64,000 nt of DNA from Octopus vulgaris (Eukaryota), in the NCBI GenBank assembly GCA_951406725.2, contig OX597837.1:22506001-22570000 (forward strand). The letters run 5' to 3'. This document shows, piece after piece, positions 13,938 to 28,527 of this stretch; position 1 is the first letter of the stretch, and every line of letters starts with the position of its first letter. A model generated the notes under the pieces. The model was not told where the DNA came from, searched no databases, and saw only the letters and a list, made by a program, of their open reading frames with translations. A program made the translations under genes and the position numbers.

Positions 13938-14138
13938 TATATATATAAATATATATAATTAGGGTTCAGCAAAAAGAAAAAAATTGCTTTACCACACACC
14001 GAACTTTCAGAAATAGCAGCCCAAAAATTTAGCCATTTCCTCTATTATAAGAAGAGTCTCCCAGACAATGTATACTCAAAAACAATTCGCGTAGGCATAG
14101 AGGGAAAAATAATGAAAGTTCAGTCGAAAATTAGATTA

Positions 14139-14221
14139 CTTGTGAACATGTTTCGGGGTTAGTTAGGTATAGAGATGCTAGAAATATATCCCTATTCAAA
14201 CATTCCCGTCATCAGCGCAAG
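14139..14221 (-). ncRNA. Type-I hammerhead ribozyme motif (partly degenerate)
   Basis: Minus strand: cttgcg CTGATGA C GGG...CCC C GAAA C AT G TT cacaag. Palindromic ACATGT stem III; one stem I mismatch. Confidence 0.6.
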
Positions 14222-14432
14222 ATTTCATTAAATTTAAATTTGAGAGCACTAAAAATCAAACATACACATCTGATTTGAGTAACCTCAGACGAACCATTCC
14301 CGACATCCAGTATTAACGAATTCAAAACATATGAATGAGGCTCTGTACCTTCCCGTGTCCACCCACGTGAGTTATAGAGCAACAAATTCCTACAGAGGAA
14401 TTCGTAGTTTATTATCGTAGTTTATATATATA

Positions 14433-14748
14433 GTGGCACGTAAAAAGCACCATCTGTTCGTGGCTGTTGCCAGCCTTGCCTGGCCCCTGTGCCGGTGGCA
14501 CGTAAAAACCAACATCCATCCGTGGCCGTTTGCGAGCTCCGTCTGGCACCTGTGCGGGTGGCACATAAAAAGCACCCACTACACTCACGGAGTGGTTGGC
14601 GTTAGGAAGGGCATCCAGCCGTAGAAACACTGCCAGATCAGACTGGGCCTGATACAGCCTTCTGGCTTCACAGACCCCAGTTGAACCATCCGACCCATGC
14701 TAGCATGGAAAGCGGACGCTAAATGATGATGATGATGATGATGATGAT
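14433..14748 (+). mobile_element. Retroposon family D with (GAT)n tail; other copies near 19275-19502(+), 22470-22620(+), 29230-29695(+), 49055-49300(-), 49380-49512(-), 51880-52180(-), 52270-52690(+), 60110-60230(-)
   Basis: Shared ggcacgtaaaaagcacc...gttaggaagggcatccagc...ccaacccatgctagcatggaaagcggacg followed by (gat)n. Confidence 0.85.
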
Positions 14749-14797
14749 AGTGTGTTATGAGATCCTATATATATATATATACATATATTCCATAACT

Positions 14798-14887
14798 GCC
14801 ATCTCTGAAGAACACAGGTTTATATAATCAGGTTGTTATCTAACACTCTGTCAAGTCCTTAATGTGAAACTGATTGGTAAGATCGGC
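14798..14887 (+). ncRNA. Type-I hammerhead ribozyme motif
   Basis: gccatct CTGAAGA ACA...TGT GAAA C TGATTG G TA agat-c-ggc. Intact core; predicted cleavage after 14879. Confidence 0.7.
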
Positions 14888-14969
14888 TCTGATGGATATA
14901 TAATACTGTATACATTGTTTAATATATATATATATATGTACAAATGTATATGTATATCTGAATGTGTAT

Positions 14970-15060
<91 letters not shown>

Positions 15061-15341
15061 TATGATGGACTCTCTCATCGAAGACACTATATAAGTGTTC
15101 AGCTTTTTGGCTGAACGACCTGCTCAAATGGTTTGTTTATACTGATCAAATATTCATGCTGTACATTATCTCACTCCCTCCATCAAATCGACGTTGCCTG
15201 AACAGGTGCCTGGTGTGCCATGTGTCAGGTGTTGAAGTGATTGCAGAGCAACATGAGACAATGTACCACCTAGTCTAGGAATTGAGACCACAATCTTGTG
15301 ATTGTGAGCACAACACCACAACACTTTAACCACTAGTCCAT

Positions 15342-15378
<37 letters not shown>

Positions 15379-15383
<5 letters not shown>

Positions 15384-15960
15384 AGGGGAAGTCAAAAATT
15401 ATCCTCACTTTTGTCATAACATATCTTTATTATTGTCACATTGTCTTCTACTCACAAGGTTTTGGTTGGCTATGGTAGAAGACACTTGCCCAAGAGAAAA
15501 GTTTCACAAAACCCTGATCACCAATCCGCATCTCCATCATGCAAGCTTTGTAACAAGTGAGGTATATAACATCTCATCTTAAGCTTCTTTAAGAGTCTAC
15601 AAACATTTTCAACTCTGAAGAAAGCTATTCCCTAGATTTTTGAGGAGTGTTCAACAATGATTCTTTTACTTCATCTGACTTTTCAAAACTCGTTGCAGAA
15701 ACTGGCCTTCCTGACCTTGCGGCATCACTTATGCTTCCTGTTCTTTCAAATTTTCTAATTAAGCTGGTGATATTTCAGCTCTGAACTTGATGAGTGTTAA
15801 ATTCTGCTGATAACAAACAAGCAGCTTTAGTTCCATTGTCATTATTTTGATAATAAAGTTGAACAGCTTTAACTCTTTGTTCCTTCGTTAATTGCATGGC
15901 CATATTTATTCAAAATTACTGAAATAAAGGGAAAGAAATGATACTTTATAAAATATGTAC
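15379..15960 (-). mobile_element. Decayed Tc1/mariner-superfamily remnant
   Basis: TA|caaggggaagtcaaaaattatcc end, plus a degraded N-terminal HTH-like coding remnant on the minus strand (LIRKFERTGSISD..RSGRP). Confidence 0.55.
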
Positions 15961-15984
15961 AACATTATATAATGCTAAAAGTCT

Positions 15985-16545
15985 GTGATTGCTTGCTTGC
16001 TTGCATGCTACTCTGTAATTTAATATAGAAAAACTGGCACATAATGGGAAAATACTCTGAAAGTAAGGTACCACTGAAACGTGAATGCAAATAGAATAAA
16101 ACAAGTTTCGTGTAAATCAGACCACAGATTCCCAAGATGTGCATTTTTTGGGGGTTTGTTTCCAAACCTGGAGTTAATTGCCCTTTACTGTGAACACCTG
16201 GATAGTTTTGTTTGCATGCTTACTTGCATTGTGTGTTTTCTGTAATTTATTACAACCAAACCAGTGCATAATAGGAAAACACTCTGAAAGAAAGGTGCTC
16301 CTGAAATGGGAATACAAATGGAATAAGACAAGTTTCGCGTAAATCAGACCACAGGTTCCTGAGATACGTGATGTTTTGGGGGTACTTTTATGATTGCCTG
16401 CTTGTGTGCTTGCTTGCACGTGTTCTTGTCTGTAATCTAATACAGCCCAAACCAGCTCACAATGGGAACATATCTTGAAAGTAAGGCACCATTGAAATGT
16501 GAATACAAATGGAATAAAACAAGTTTCATGTAAATCAGACCATCA
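15985..16545. repeat. Degenerate ~200-bp x3 tandem repeat
   Basis: The motif acaagtttc..gtaaatcagacca recurs near 16112, 16339 and 16530, each preceded by a tgcttgc block. Confidence 0.8.
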
Positions 16546-16689
16546 AAGGGAGATGAAAAGTCATGTGATATGTTTTGTTTTTTTTCAGTGTCTATCAAAC
16601 AAGTTCATTCACAAGGCTTTTTTGGCCCAGGGCTGCAGCTAAATGACATTTACCTAAGATGGTGTGCACTGGTTGCGAAGTGTACCTTT

Positions 16690-16723
<34 letters not shown>

Positions 16724-17142
16724 GTCTTGTGGATAGGACCCCTAATACATTTCTCTTTGACATATTACTAAAAAAGTACCATGTGGCTTTAAATATGTTT
16801 GATAACAGATATAATCTCTGTTAAAGATTACATCTTTACTTATTCTGTACCAACTCCATTTGTAATGATAGTTTATGTGAAAATCCTCAAAGAAAAATCA
16901 TATAATATCTGTGGTTTTAGACATTGGTGAGGCAATTTTTCAGACTTGCATGAAAGGTGTGTTATTACATTGTACATACTTCAGACCTTGTTGTTAGGAA
17001 AATAGAAAAGATTTAAAAGTGTGTATGTGGATGAATATATTGGGGTTCAGGAATCAAGAGGGTGGATAATGATGGGAGGGAGAAAGGGAAGGAGGGGGAG
17101 GAGAGCGATCAGAAGAAAATGAAATTGAAGTAGAAGCAGGGA

Positions 17143-17250
17143 AGGAGGAGGAGGAGGAGGAGGAGGAGAAGAAGAAGAAGAAGAAGAAGAAGAAGAAGAA
17201 GAAGAAGAAGAAGAAGAAGAAGAAGAAGAAGAAGAAGAAGAAGAAGAAGA
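17143..17250. repeat. (GGA)n-(GAA)n purine tract
   Basis: Direct reading. Confidence 0.95.
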
Positions 17251-17548
17251 TAAAATGGGTAGTGCTGCATATAGCAAAATAGCTCATCTAGTTGTATGCT
17301 GGCAGTGGGTCAGCCAGTACAGGCAGAATCATTATAACCAAAATTCATCCAATGGAAGATGTATTTGACCATACAATGGCATTAGTCTGTGACAACTGAA
17401 GGTGAAAAGATCTATTAAATAGATAACTAGACAATTGTCTGGAATCAAATGATGAGGATATTTATGATATATATTGTGGAGAGACCTAATTTATGGCCCT
17501 ACTGTGTTTAGGCAGTGGGAAACAGATACAAATAGTAACACAAAAAGA

Positions 17549-17601
<53 letters not shown>

Positions 17602-17799
17602 GATAAATGAATTATCTTATTACGGATAATTCAAATGATAACCGATACCTGGATAGCAAAAATCACAACAGAAAAGCACGGTTGAAGTTACGACCATGGG
17701 GCATAAAAACCGTGCCTTAGTGCGGAAATTTGAAGTTTTATATATTAAGTGTAGGAAGAAATGGAGCCGAACGAAGATTTAACAAAATTCTTTTATTTT

Positions 17800-17885
17800 A
17801 TTTTCTACATATGTTTCGAAGGCTGCAAAGTCCCTAATTCGGATTGAATAAGGAGTCCATTTTGCAGCTTTCTCTTCAGGAAAAT
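17800..17885 (-). ncRNA. Type-I hammerhead ribozyme (left arm of a 190-bp inverted repeat)
   Basis: Minus strand: attttc CTGAAGA GAAAGCTGCAAA...TTTGCAGCCTTC GAAA C ATAT G TA gaaaat. Confidence 0.85.
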
Positions 17886-18125
17886 TCAGGAACTTAATTC
17901 TCCAACAAAATGCACAACAAGCTTTTCGACAAACGCTCACGAGGAGCCCATGAAATAAATGACACAAACTGTCTATCTATATGCGTTGACGCCAGACTGG
18001 GTGAAAGCAGAAGAGATTGCCCGTTGAGATAGTTCAAGGTCAGAATCCGGGTGGCAGAAGGAGGGTACAGGAAAAGGGTAGTCGAAAAGCTTGTTGTGCA
18101 TTTTGTTGGAGAATTAAGTTCCTGA

Positions 18126-18211
18126 ATTTTCCTGAAGAGAAAGCTGCAAAATGGACTCCTTATTCAATCCGAATTAGGGACTTTGCAGCCTTCGAAACAT
18201 ATGTAGAAAAT
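18126..18211 (+). ncRNA. Type-I hammerhead ribozyme (right arm of the 190-bp inverted repeat)
   Basis: attttc CTGAAGA, 12-bp stem II with one mismatch, GAAA C ATAT G TA gaaaat; predicted cleavage after 18205. Confidence 0.85.
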
Positions 18212-18273
18212 AATATAAAGGAATTTTGTTAAATCTTCGTTCGGCTCCATTTCTTCCTACACTTAATATATAT

Positions 18274-18312
<39 letters not shown>

Positions 18313-18347
18313 GTTTAACGTCCGCTTTCCATGCTAGCATGGGTTGG

Positions 18348-18398
<51 letters not shown>

Positions 18399-18645
18399 TA
18401 TATAAGTACATATATATATACTTCAATAGAGAAATCTACTTCTAAGACTTTGAACATTTTTTTCAACCAATGTATCCCTCTTTATTAGTTCTCTACTTAT
18501 TATTTCTTTAACCCATCTCTTCCTAGTATCTGCCTTTGACGTCAAATCTACTAACGGCTTTTTAAATACTTAATAACGTTCTGTTTATCATTTAGGCAGT
18601 CATCGTAATTGCTATAATGTCTTGTTGTTGAAATAGGCTCTCTTT

Positions 18646-18728
18646 CTTTCCTGATGAGAAGATTACATTTTACATCATTTATTCCTTTGGAATAAAACCA
18701 ATGTTATCTTCGAAACATATGTCGAAAG
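18646..18728 (+). ncRNA. Type-I hammerhead ribozyme with canonical GUC site
   Basis: ctttc CTGATGA GAAGATTACATT...AATGTTATCTTC GAAA C ATAT G TC gaaag; predicted cleavage after 18723. Confidence 0.88.
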
Positions 18729-18768
18729 TAAAAGAGTTTTAATAACATCTTCATTCAACTCCATTTAT

Positions 18769-18823
<55 letters not shown>

Positions 18824-18986
18824 CGCAGGAGTAGCTGTGTGGTAAGTAGCTTGTTTACCAACCACATGGTTCCGGGTTCAGTCCCACTGCATGGCACCCT
18901 GGGCAAGTGTCTTCTACTATAGCCTCGGACCGACCAAAGCATTGTGAGTGGATTTGGTAGACGGAAACTGAAAGAAGCCTGTCGTA

Positions 18987-19026
<40 letters not shown>

Positions 19027-19810
19027 TGTGTGTGTTTGTGTGTCTGTGTTTGTCCTCCTAGCATTGCTTGACAACCGATGCTGGTGTGTTTATGTCCCCG
19101 TTACTTAGCGGTTCGGCAAAAGAGACCGATAGAATAAGTACTGGGCTTACAAAAGAATAAGTCCCGGGGTCGAGTTGCTCGATTAAAAGGCGGTGCTCCA
19201 GCATGGCCGCAGTGAAATGACTGAAACAAGTAAAAGAGTAAAAGAGTATATATATATATATATACATAAAAAGCTACAACCGATCGTGGCCGAAGCCAGA
19301 CCCCTCTGGCACCTGTGCAGGTGGCACGTAAAAAGCACCCACTACACTCGCGGAGTGGTTGACGTTAGGAAGGGCATCAAGCTGTAGAAACACTGCCAGA
19401 TCAGACTGGAGCCTGGAGCAGCCCCTGGCTCCCCAGACCCCGGTCGAACCGTCCAACCCGTGCTAGTGCGGAAAACGGACGTTAAACGATGATGATGATG
19501 ATATATATATATAAATACTTTCTTTCTCTGATGGCCACTTGATCAATTTTTTCACCTCTGAGAGGTGAAGAGTTAAACTTGTCTTTGTATAATCTGATTA
19601 GCTGTCCACAAGGCTGCAGCTTTCATGGATGCGAAACCATTGGACACTTTATGACCAGACTTTAAGTTTAGTGATTTAATATATGTAAGTATGTATGCAT
19701 TTATATATGTATGTATGTATGTATTATGTATGTATGTATATATGTATGTACGTATGTATGTATAGAAGAAAAAGAGATGATACAGGGAAATTGATGGCTA
19801 TGTTATGAAC

Positions 19811-19903
19811 TTCATAAGCTTACAGCTATTTCTGCTATGAGATGCAGTGGACTCATAGTTGAGTTCCTGAATAACATCCTATAGCCTCGTCAGAGCCTTG
19901 AAT
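19811..19903 (-). ncRNA. Type-I hammerhead ribozyme motif (slightly decayed)
   Basis: Minus strand: aggct CTGACGA G GCTAT...ATAGC A GAAA T AGCT G TA agctt. Confidence 0.7.
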
Positions 19904-20787
19904 ATGAAGTGCAATTTATTTGAGGGGAAAAAAATTGTGTTTTCGCAACATACAGAGAAGGCATCACCAGGAAAAAAGTTATTACTGCTGTATATAGAAA
20001 AAGTTTATGTCCAAAAGGCAATTACATATTTATATTTATATACTAGAGAAGGATAGGGTTAATTTTATGGGCAAAAGAGTTAAAATCACAAAGAAACAGA
20101 TTGTTAGATAAACATAATCAAATTGAAAGATAGATGATAAGGCAGAGAGAGAGAGGGGGGGAGAGAGGGAGAGGGAGAGAGAGAGGCAGAGAAAGAAAGG
20201 GGGAGGAAAATGAGGGAGAGAGGATGGGAGAGATTGATAAATTGATCAATATATAAATCAATAACAACTTTTATAGAACACTGAAACTGATTGAAGTCAT
20301 ATGAAAAAAAACAAACAATAACAAAAACAACAGCAAAACGAAAACAAAAACAAAGAAACAATAACAACAACAGCAACAAAACAAAACAACATTACTACTG
20401 AGATCAAAGATTAGTGACCAGCATGAATGACAGTCAAACTAAAAGCCTAGAAATCCCAAATGAACAAGTGTCTGGTGTGATGTTCCAATACGTTAATAAA
20501 CCAACGAACAATATGCGAAGTTCTTCCATCCATTTCAATATCTTGGGATGTACAGAAAAGGCAAAACTTCTACCATTCTATCAATACATCAAACTTTGTT
20601 GTGTTTTGGGCAAATATTCTGCACAGAAATTGCTGTTTGGTCAAGAAGCTTGTTTCCTAATCACATGGTCTTGGGTTCAGTCCCACTACACATGGCAAGT
20701 GTCTTCATCTATATTCCCAGGCTGAGCAAAGCCTTGTGAGTAGATTTAGTAGACAAAAACTGCAAGAAGTCAAGTCTGTTGTGTACA

Positions 20788-20870
<83 letters not shown>

Positions 20871-21768
20871 GTATATATAGTTATATTTTTCTTACGAAAG
20901 ATACAGACCGCATAAAAGTGCTCAAGTTGAAGCTGAGGTGTTAAACAAGTATAATAAATAGAATGGAGAAAGTTCAAATCAGGCAAAACCTGTTGTTAAC
21001 CATACTAAACTTCATAATCTTCATTTTAGTAACTGTAATAAATGTAGTTCTTCTATATCTGAATACTCTATTGTGGTAACCCACTCTAAATCTAGAAAAA
21101 GAGAAAATATTTGGTTGACCCCATTTTCTCTCAGAGTCAGAAACTTACCAAAACCGTTACTCTTTTACTTGTTTCAGTCATTTGACTGTGGCTATGCTAG
21201 AGCACCACCTTTAGTCAAGCAAGTCGATCCCAGGACTTACTCTTTGTAAGCCTAGTACTTCTGCCAAACCGCTAAGTTGTGGGGATGTAAACACACCACC
21301 ATCGGTTGTCAAGCGATGTTGGGGGGGACAAACACAGACACACAAACATATACACACACACGTACATATATATACACATATACGACTGGCTTCTTTCAGT
21401 TTCCGTCTACCAAATCTACTCACAAGGCTTTGGTCGGCCCGAGGCTATAGTAGAAGACACTTGCCCAAGGTGCCATGCAGTGGGACTGAATCCGGAACCA
21501 TGTAGTTCGTAAGCAAGCTACTTACCACACAGCCACTCCCACTCCGTTCTTTAAGATTCTGAAATTTAATTTTCCTAAGCACCACAGATATTATCCCATA
21601 TTTAACAAACACTCTATAAAGTTACTTTACTCTACCATGCTGAATTTGGGATCTATGTAAGACCATAGTGGATCTTCTTCTAGCATAATGGATGTCCAGT
21701 TACAGTTCATCCCTGTTATATAATAGTTTCAGTATTAAAGTGAAAGCATCTGACATTGCAATAGAGAA

Positions 21769-22127
21769 ATGTTTTTGTTTCACTTTTAACACGTAATACT
21801 GAAATAGTGAAGATATGATATTGCTGTGGGCTTGCAGTAGGCAAAAAGTTTTAAAAAATTTTTGTTCATGGCACTACATGGACCATGTAAGGCATGTGTA
21901 AAATTTGAATGAAATTGGTAGTGTAGTTCTCAAGTTTTAGGGAATCATAGTGGAGAAGATATGATATTGCTGTGGGCTCGCCCTAGGCAAAATGTTAAAA
22001 ATGTTTTTGCCGATGACACTCCTCGGACCCTAAGTAAGGCATGTGTAAAATTTGAATAAAATTGGTAGTGTAGTTCTCAAGTTTTAGGGAAACACACAGA
22101 CACACATACTCAGTTTTATATATATAG
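21769..22127 (-). mobile_element. Non-autonomous Helitron-like element 5' part with ~147-bp internal repeats
   Basis: Reverse complement begins ctatatatataaaactgag..tgtgtgtctgtgtg; inverted homolog of 22662-23055. Confidence 0.6.
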
Positions 22128-22140
22128 TGATATACAAGGG

Positions 22141-22436
22141 TACAATGTGAGCACCTGCATCATTAAAAATAGAAGTCAAAAATACTTCTGTTCCATGGAT
22201 AGTCACAAAATTAACACAAGCATGACAGGAAGAAATTTCAATGAACAATAAGATCGTCTTACCTCTGCTAGGTCAGCAAAAGTAATGCTGGTTAGTTTGA
22301 TATAATGATTTCAAATTTAGCACCAAATGATGTCAGCCAACAATTCCTAAAATTTGCCCCTACCATGCTGTGACTAATCCGAGGCATAGAAGTATTTTTG
22401 ACTTCTAGTTTTAGCAATGCAGGTGCTCACGTAGTA
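22141..22436. mobile_element. MITE with ~65-bp imperfect TIRs and TA ends; a solo TIR lies at about 23879-23947
   Basis: tacaatgtgagcacctgcat...agaagtcaaaaatacttct / agaagtatttttgacttct...atgcaggtgctcacgtagta. Confidence 0.85.
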
Positions 22437-22661
22437 TATATATATATATGCACACATGTATTTATCTGTTGAGTGGTTGGCATTAAGAAGGGGATTGAGC
22501 TGTAGAAACCAAGCCAAAGCAGACATAGAACCTAGCCAAGACCAATGGCTTGTCTGTTCTTGTCAAACCATCTAACCCATGCCAGAATGGAAAAGAGGAC
22601 GTTAAATGATGATGATAACGATACATGTGTGTGCGTGTGTGTGTGTGTGTACATGCATGTA

Positions 22662-23055
22662 TCTATATATATAAAACTGAGAATGTGTGTCTGTCTGTGT
22701 GTTTCCCTAAAACTTGAGAACTATACAACAAATTTCATTCAAATTTTACACATGCCTTACTTAGAGTCCGGGGAGTGTCATCGGCAAAAAAATGTTCAAC
22801 TTCTTGCCTAGGGCGAGCCCATAGCAATATCATATCTTCTCCACTATGATTCCCTAAAACTTGAGAACTATTCAACCAATTTCATTCAAATTTTACACAT
22901 GCCTTACTTAGGGTCCATGTAGTGTCATGGGCAAAAAAAATGTTCAACTTCTTACTTAGGGCGAGTGTCTACAGATTGTTCTGGAGTGTCTACAAAGCAA
23001 TATCATATCTTCTCCACTATTTCAGTATTACGTGTTAAAAGTGAAACAAAAACAT
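22662..23055 (+). mobile_element. Non-autonomous Helitron-like element 5' part
   Basis: A|TCtatatatataaaa start, gtct microsatellite and a 147-bp internal period (ttccctaaaacttgagaacta at 22703 and 22850); no 3' CTAG end seen. Confidence 0.6.
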
Positions 23056-23057
23056 AT

Positions 23058-23088
<31 letters not shown>

Positions 23089-23991
23089 CTTTATTTACTC
23101 CTGATTCATGCTGCATTGTGCATGAAATATGTATTGTTTCGTTAATGCCAATCTATTAAAAACACAAATATGTAAATGAAGCCACTCACCGCAGCCACAA
23201 ATTAATTATTGACTGATTTATATTCTATGCTATTTATTGGGGAAGGAAACTGGGTACATTATCCTTGAGGGGTATTCAACAAACTGTGAAATGGTCTAGC
23301 AGGAGCCTATCTTCTTCCACACATGAAAATCATAGAAGAAATATTTATGATCCAAGATCTCTCACAGATAAGCTTCCAAATATTTAGTTCAGTACTTCAC
23401 ACACACACACACACACACACATACATATTTGCAAAGATATTATTGACTCTATCATTATCTAGTGTAACAATTACACAATATATATACATACATACATACA
23501 TACATATATAAATATAGGGATGGTATTATTAGAATACCAAGGCGGCGAGCTGGTAGAATCGTTAGCACGCCGGGCGAAATGCGTAGCTGTATTTCGACTG
23601 CAGTTACGTTCTGAGTTCAAATTCCACCGGGGTCAACTTTGCCTTTCATCCTTTCGGGGTCGATTAAATAAGTACCAGTTGCGCACTGGGGTCAATATAA
23701 TCGACTTAATCCGTTTGTCTGTCCTTGTTCATCCCCACTCTGTTTAGCCCCTTGTGGGTAGTAAAGAAATAGGTATTATTAAAATACCATCACAAGTGGT
23801 AAGTGAATTATTAGCCGTACAGGCAAATTAATAAGATATATACATACAATATTAGATATGTACATATATACAAAAGGGTACTACATGAGTACCTATATTG
23901 CTAATGATAGAAGTCGAAAAATACTTCTGTACCACGGAATAGTCACAAATCTATTACAGACAAGATTGGAAAAAATATCAGTGAACAATAC

Positions 23992-24083
<92 letters not shown>

Positions 24084-24499
24084 GTACATATATATATATA
24101 TACATATATATATATACACACATACACACACATACACACACACACACATATATATATATATACATGTACATACATATATGTTTACACACCAAAGGACATT
24201 TAGCCTCATTAGTGCTCTTGTAATGCAGTGGGTTTTTTTTTGTGAGGTATACTTACGTCAGCTTACATTCGGAGCTCAATTCCTGCTTTAGTTACTTTGT
24301 GCCTTTCATTCCTCTGATAGGGTCAATGGAATAAATTAAGTCTCATGGCTTTTTTTTGCCAGCGTTATAGATCAATGTTGTTGTTGTTGTTCTTCTTCTT
24401 CTTATCATTATTGTTGTTGTTATTATTATCATTATTATTATCATTATTATTATCATTATTATTATTATCATTATTATTATTATTATTATAATTATTATT

Positions 24500-24552
<53 letters not shown>

Positions 24553-24568
24553 TATTATTATTATCATC

Positions 24569-25536
<968 letters not shown>

Positions 25537-25574
25537 ATTATTATTATTATTATAATTTATCATTATTATTATTA

Positions 25575-25614
<40 letters not shown>

Positions 25615-26936
25615 CATTATTATTATTATTATTATTATTACTATTATTATTATTATTACTATTATTATTATTATCATTATTATTTCATATATGCATAACA
25701 GATTAAACTGTTGGAAAAGAATTCTTAACATCAGGCTACAACAAGTAAACTTAGATGCTAAGAAACTTCCTAAATATTTCAGCTGTCCCTAATAATACAG
25801 TTTTCTGGAGCTGCACCAAACTATTATTATTATTGTTGTTGTTGTTGATGTTGTTGTTATCATTATATGTATGGCTTTTGCTTTGTATTTGCACAAGTTG
25901 ACTCCAAGTCTCACTCAGAGACCTCAAGAAATAATAAGTTATAAAGTTCAAGTCAGTATTTGGTTTTGCACAGAGTGTTGTTCTGGAGTGTCTACAAAGC
26001 ATAAGAAAATTAAAAGTTTGTTTTAAAATTAGATGATAAGATGATAGTGTCATCTTGAGACGGCAGTAAAAGGGGTTTTCTATTATGTACATCTAAGGCG
26101 GCGAACTGGCAGAAACATTAGCACGCCAGGCGAAATGCGTAGCCGTATTTCGTCTGCCATTACGTTCTGGGTTCAAATTCCGCCGAGGTCGACTTTGCCT
26201 TTTATCCTTTCGTGGTCGATAAATTAAGTACCAGTTACGCACTGGAGTCGATGTAATCAACTTAATCCGTTTGTCTGTCCTTGTTTGTCCACTCTGTGTT
26301 TAGCCCCTTGTGGGTAGTAAAGAAATATATTATGTACATCTAAAAGTACTTTTGATAATGTTCTCAGATTAAAATGTTTCCAGGAAGAATAAAAATTTTG
26401 TTTATTAAAAATTGCAACAGATTTCATTGTCTGCATAGCCCTAACAGTGGTGACCCTAAAGTTTTGTTTTATCATAAATTTCACAGATATCAGCGTTCTT
26501 CTTTGTGACAACCCAAATTAAAAACCAAAAACGAGTTGATTGATTTGCATTCCCCAGATACAATCAGAAGAACATTTTAGGTTTTTGACTGAACATAGGC
26601 ATGCAGTCACATATACATAAGGAATACATATGCATACATATAAGCTGTAATGAAACACACACACTTGTGTTCTGTTGTGACATGAACAGCAATGAGTGCA
26701 AGCCTATCCACATGCACATATATACTCTTTTACTCTCTTTTACTTGTTTCAGTCATTTAACTGCGGCCATGCTGAAGCACCGCCTTTAGTTGACCAAATC
26801 GACCCCAGGACTTATTCTTTGTAAGCCTAGTACTTATTCTATCGGTGTCTTTTGCCGAACCGCTAAGTTATGGGGATGTAAACACACCAGCATCGGTTGT
26901 CAAGCGATGTTGTGGGAGACAAACACAGACACACAA

Positions 26937-26967
<31 letters not shown>

Positions 26968-28474
26968 CGTTTAAATATTTATTGGCTAAACTGGCAATAT
27001 GACCATTCCGAAATATAACAATATATATATATATATATACATATATACGATGGGCTTCTTTCAGTTTCCGTCTACCAAATCCACTCACAAGGCTTTGGTC
27101 AGCCCGAGGCTATAGCAGAAAACACTTGCCCAAGGTGCCACGCAGTGGGACTGAACCCAGAACCATGTGGTTCGTAAACAAGCTACTTACCACACAGCTA
27201 CTCTTACACCTATATATGCATACATTGTGCACACATATATGCATGCATCAACCAAACAAAGTAACCAAAGCCCCAAGACCACCACAAGGTTCTGTCCTTG
27301 TTGCAGTGTGGTGGCTTGTATGCCTCAATGACTCTGAGAGCTGTGCCAGCAGAGTGCAAGCTCCTGGTAAGGCCCTTCCTGCTTGATTCCCCTAGCCTTT
27401 TTTTTCCCCAAGGCATTCACAAGGCAGTGAGGATTTGTGCTTGCAGTTTCTTCCATAAACTAATTAACCCATAGCTAGGACCCTAACGGGTCCTAGGGTA
27501 CGGATCAGAGTAGTCTTGGGAACAACAGTGGCTAAGAAGTGGTTCCACATTTCTCAAAACCCTGGAAGTCCTCGACCATGGCCTCACAACCAGATGTAGT
27601 TTGAAGTCATACCTAGGACATACAAGCATATGTGGCAGTCTTTCGTATACAAGAAAGACAGTTCTGAAATTTCTTACTGAACATACTGCACAGAAGATTT
27701 GTTTACAGTGATCAAATGTTCTAGTAGCACATTAGCTCATTCTCTCCATTAACCTATTTCTTTACAACCCACAAGGGGCTAAACATAGAGGGGACAAACA
27801 AGGACAGACAAACAGATCAAGTCGATTACATTGACCCCAGTGCGTAACTGGTACCTAATTTATCAACCCCGAAAGGATGAAAGGCAAAGTCAACCTCGGT
27901 GGAATGTGAACTCAGAACGTAACGGCAGACGAAATACGGCTACGCATTTCGCCCGGCGTGCTAACGTTTCTGCCAGCTCGCCGCCTGGTTTCCTGGTTTC
28001 CTGGCTCTCCATTAACCTGTTCCCTTCATTACCCTGTATTGGTGCATGGTGTACCACCCATAAGATGCCAAAGTGATCACAGAGAAATGTGAAATGAAGT
28101 GTTTTGCTCTGAAACACAACCCACTGTCTGATCCGGGAATCGAACCCACGATCTTGCAATCGTGAGTGCAACACTTCAACTACTAGGCCATGCATCCTCA
28201 CAGACATACAAACAAACTTACATACACCATTATCATCATCATCATCATCGTTTAACGTCATATTCTTTTATTCTTTTATTTGTTTCAATCATTTGACTGT
28301 GGCCATGCTGGAGCACTGCCTTTAGTCCAGTGAATCGATGCCAGGACTTATTCTTTGTAAGCCTAGTACTTATTCTATCAGTCTCTTTTGCTGAACTGCT
28401 AAGTTACAAGGAATAAACACACCAGCATCAGTTGTCAAGTGATGTTTGGGGGACAAATACAGACACACAAACAT

Positions 28475-28527
<53 letters not shown>

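Noticed and set aside
17779-18232. Two short ORFs sharing RKACCAFCWRIKFLNFPEEK
   Set aside because: The identity comes from the 190-bp inverted repeat; the conserved feature is RNA structure, not peptide.
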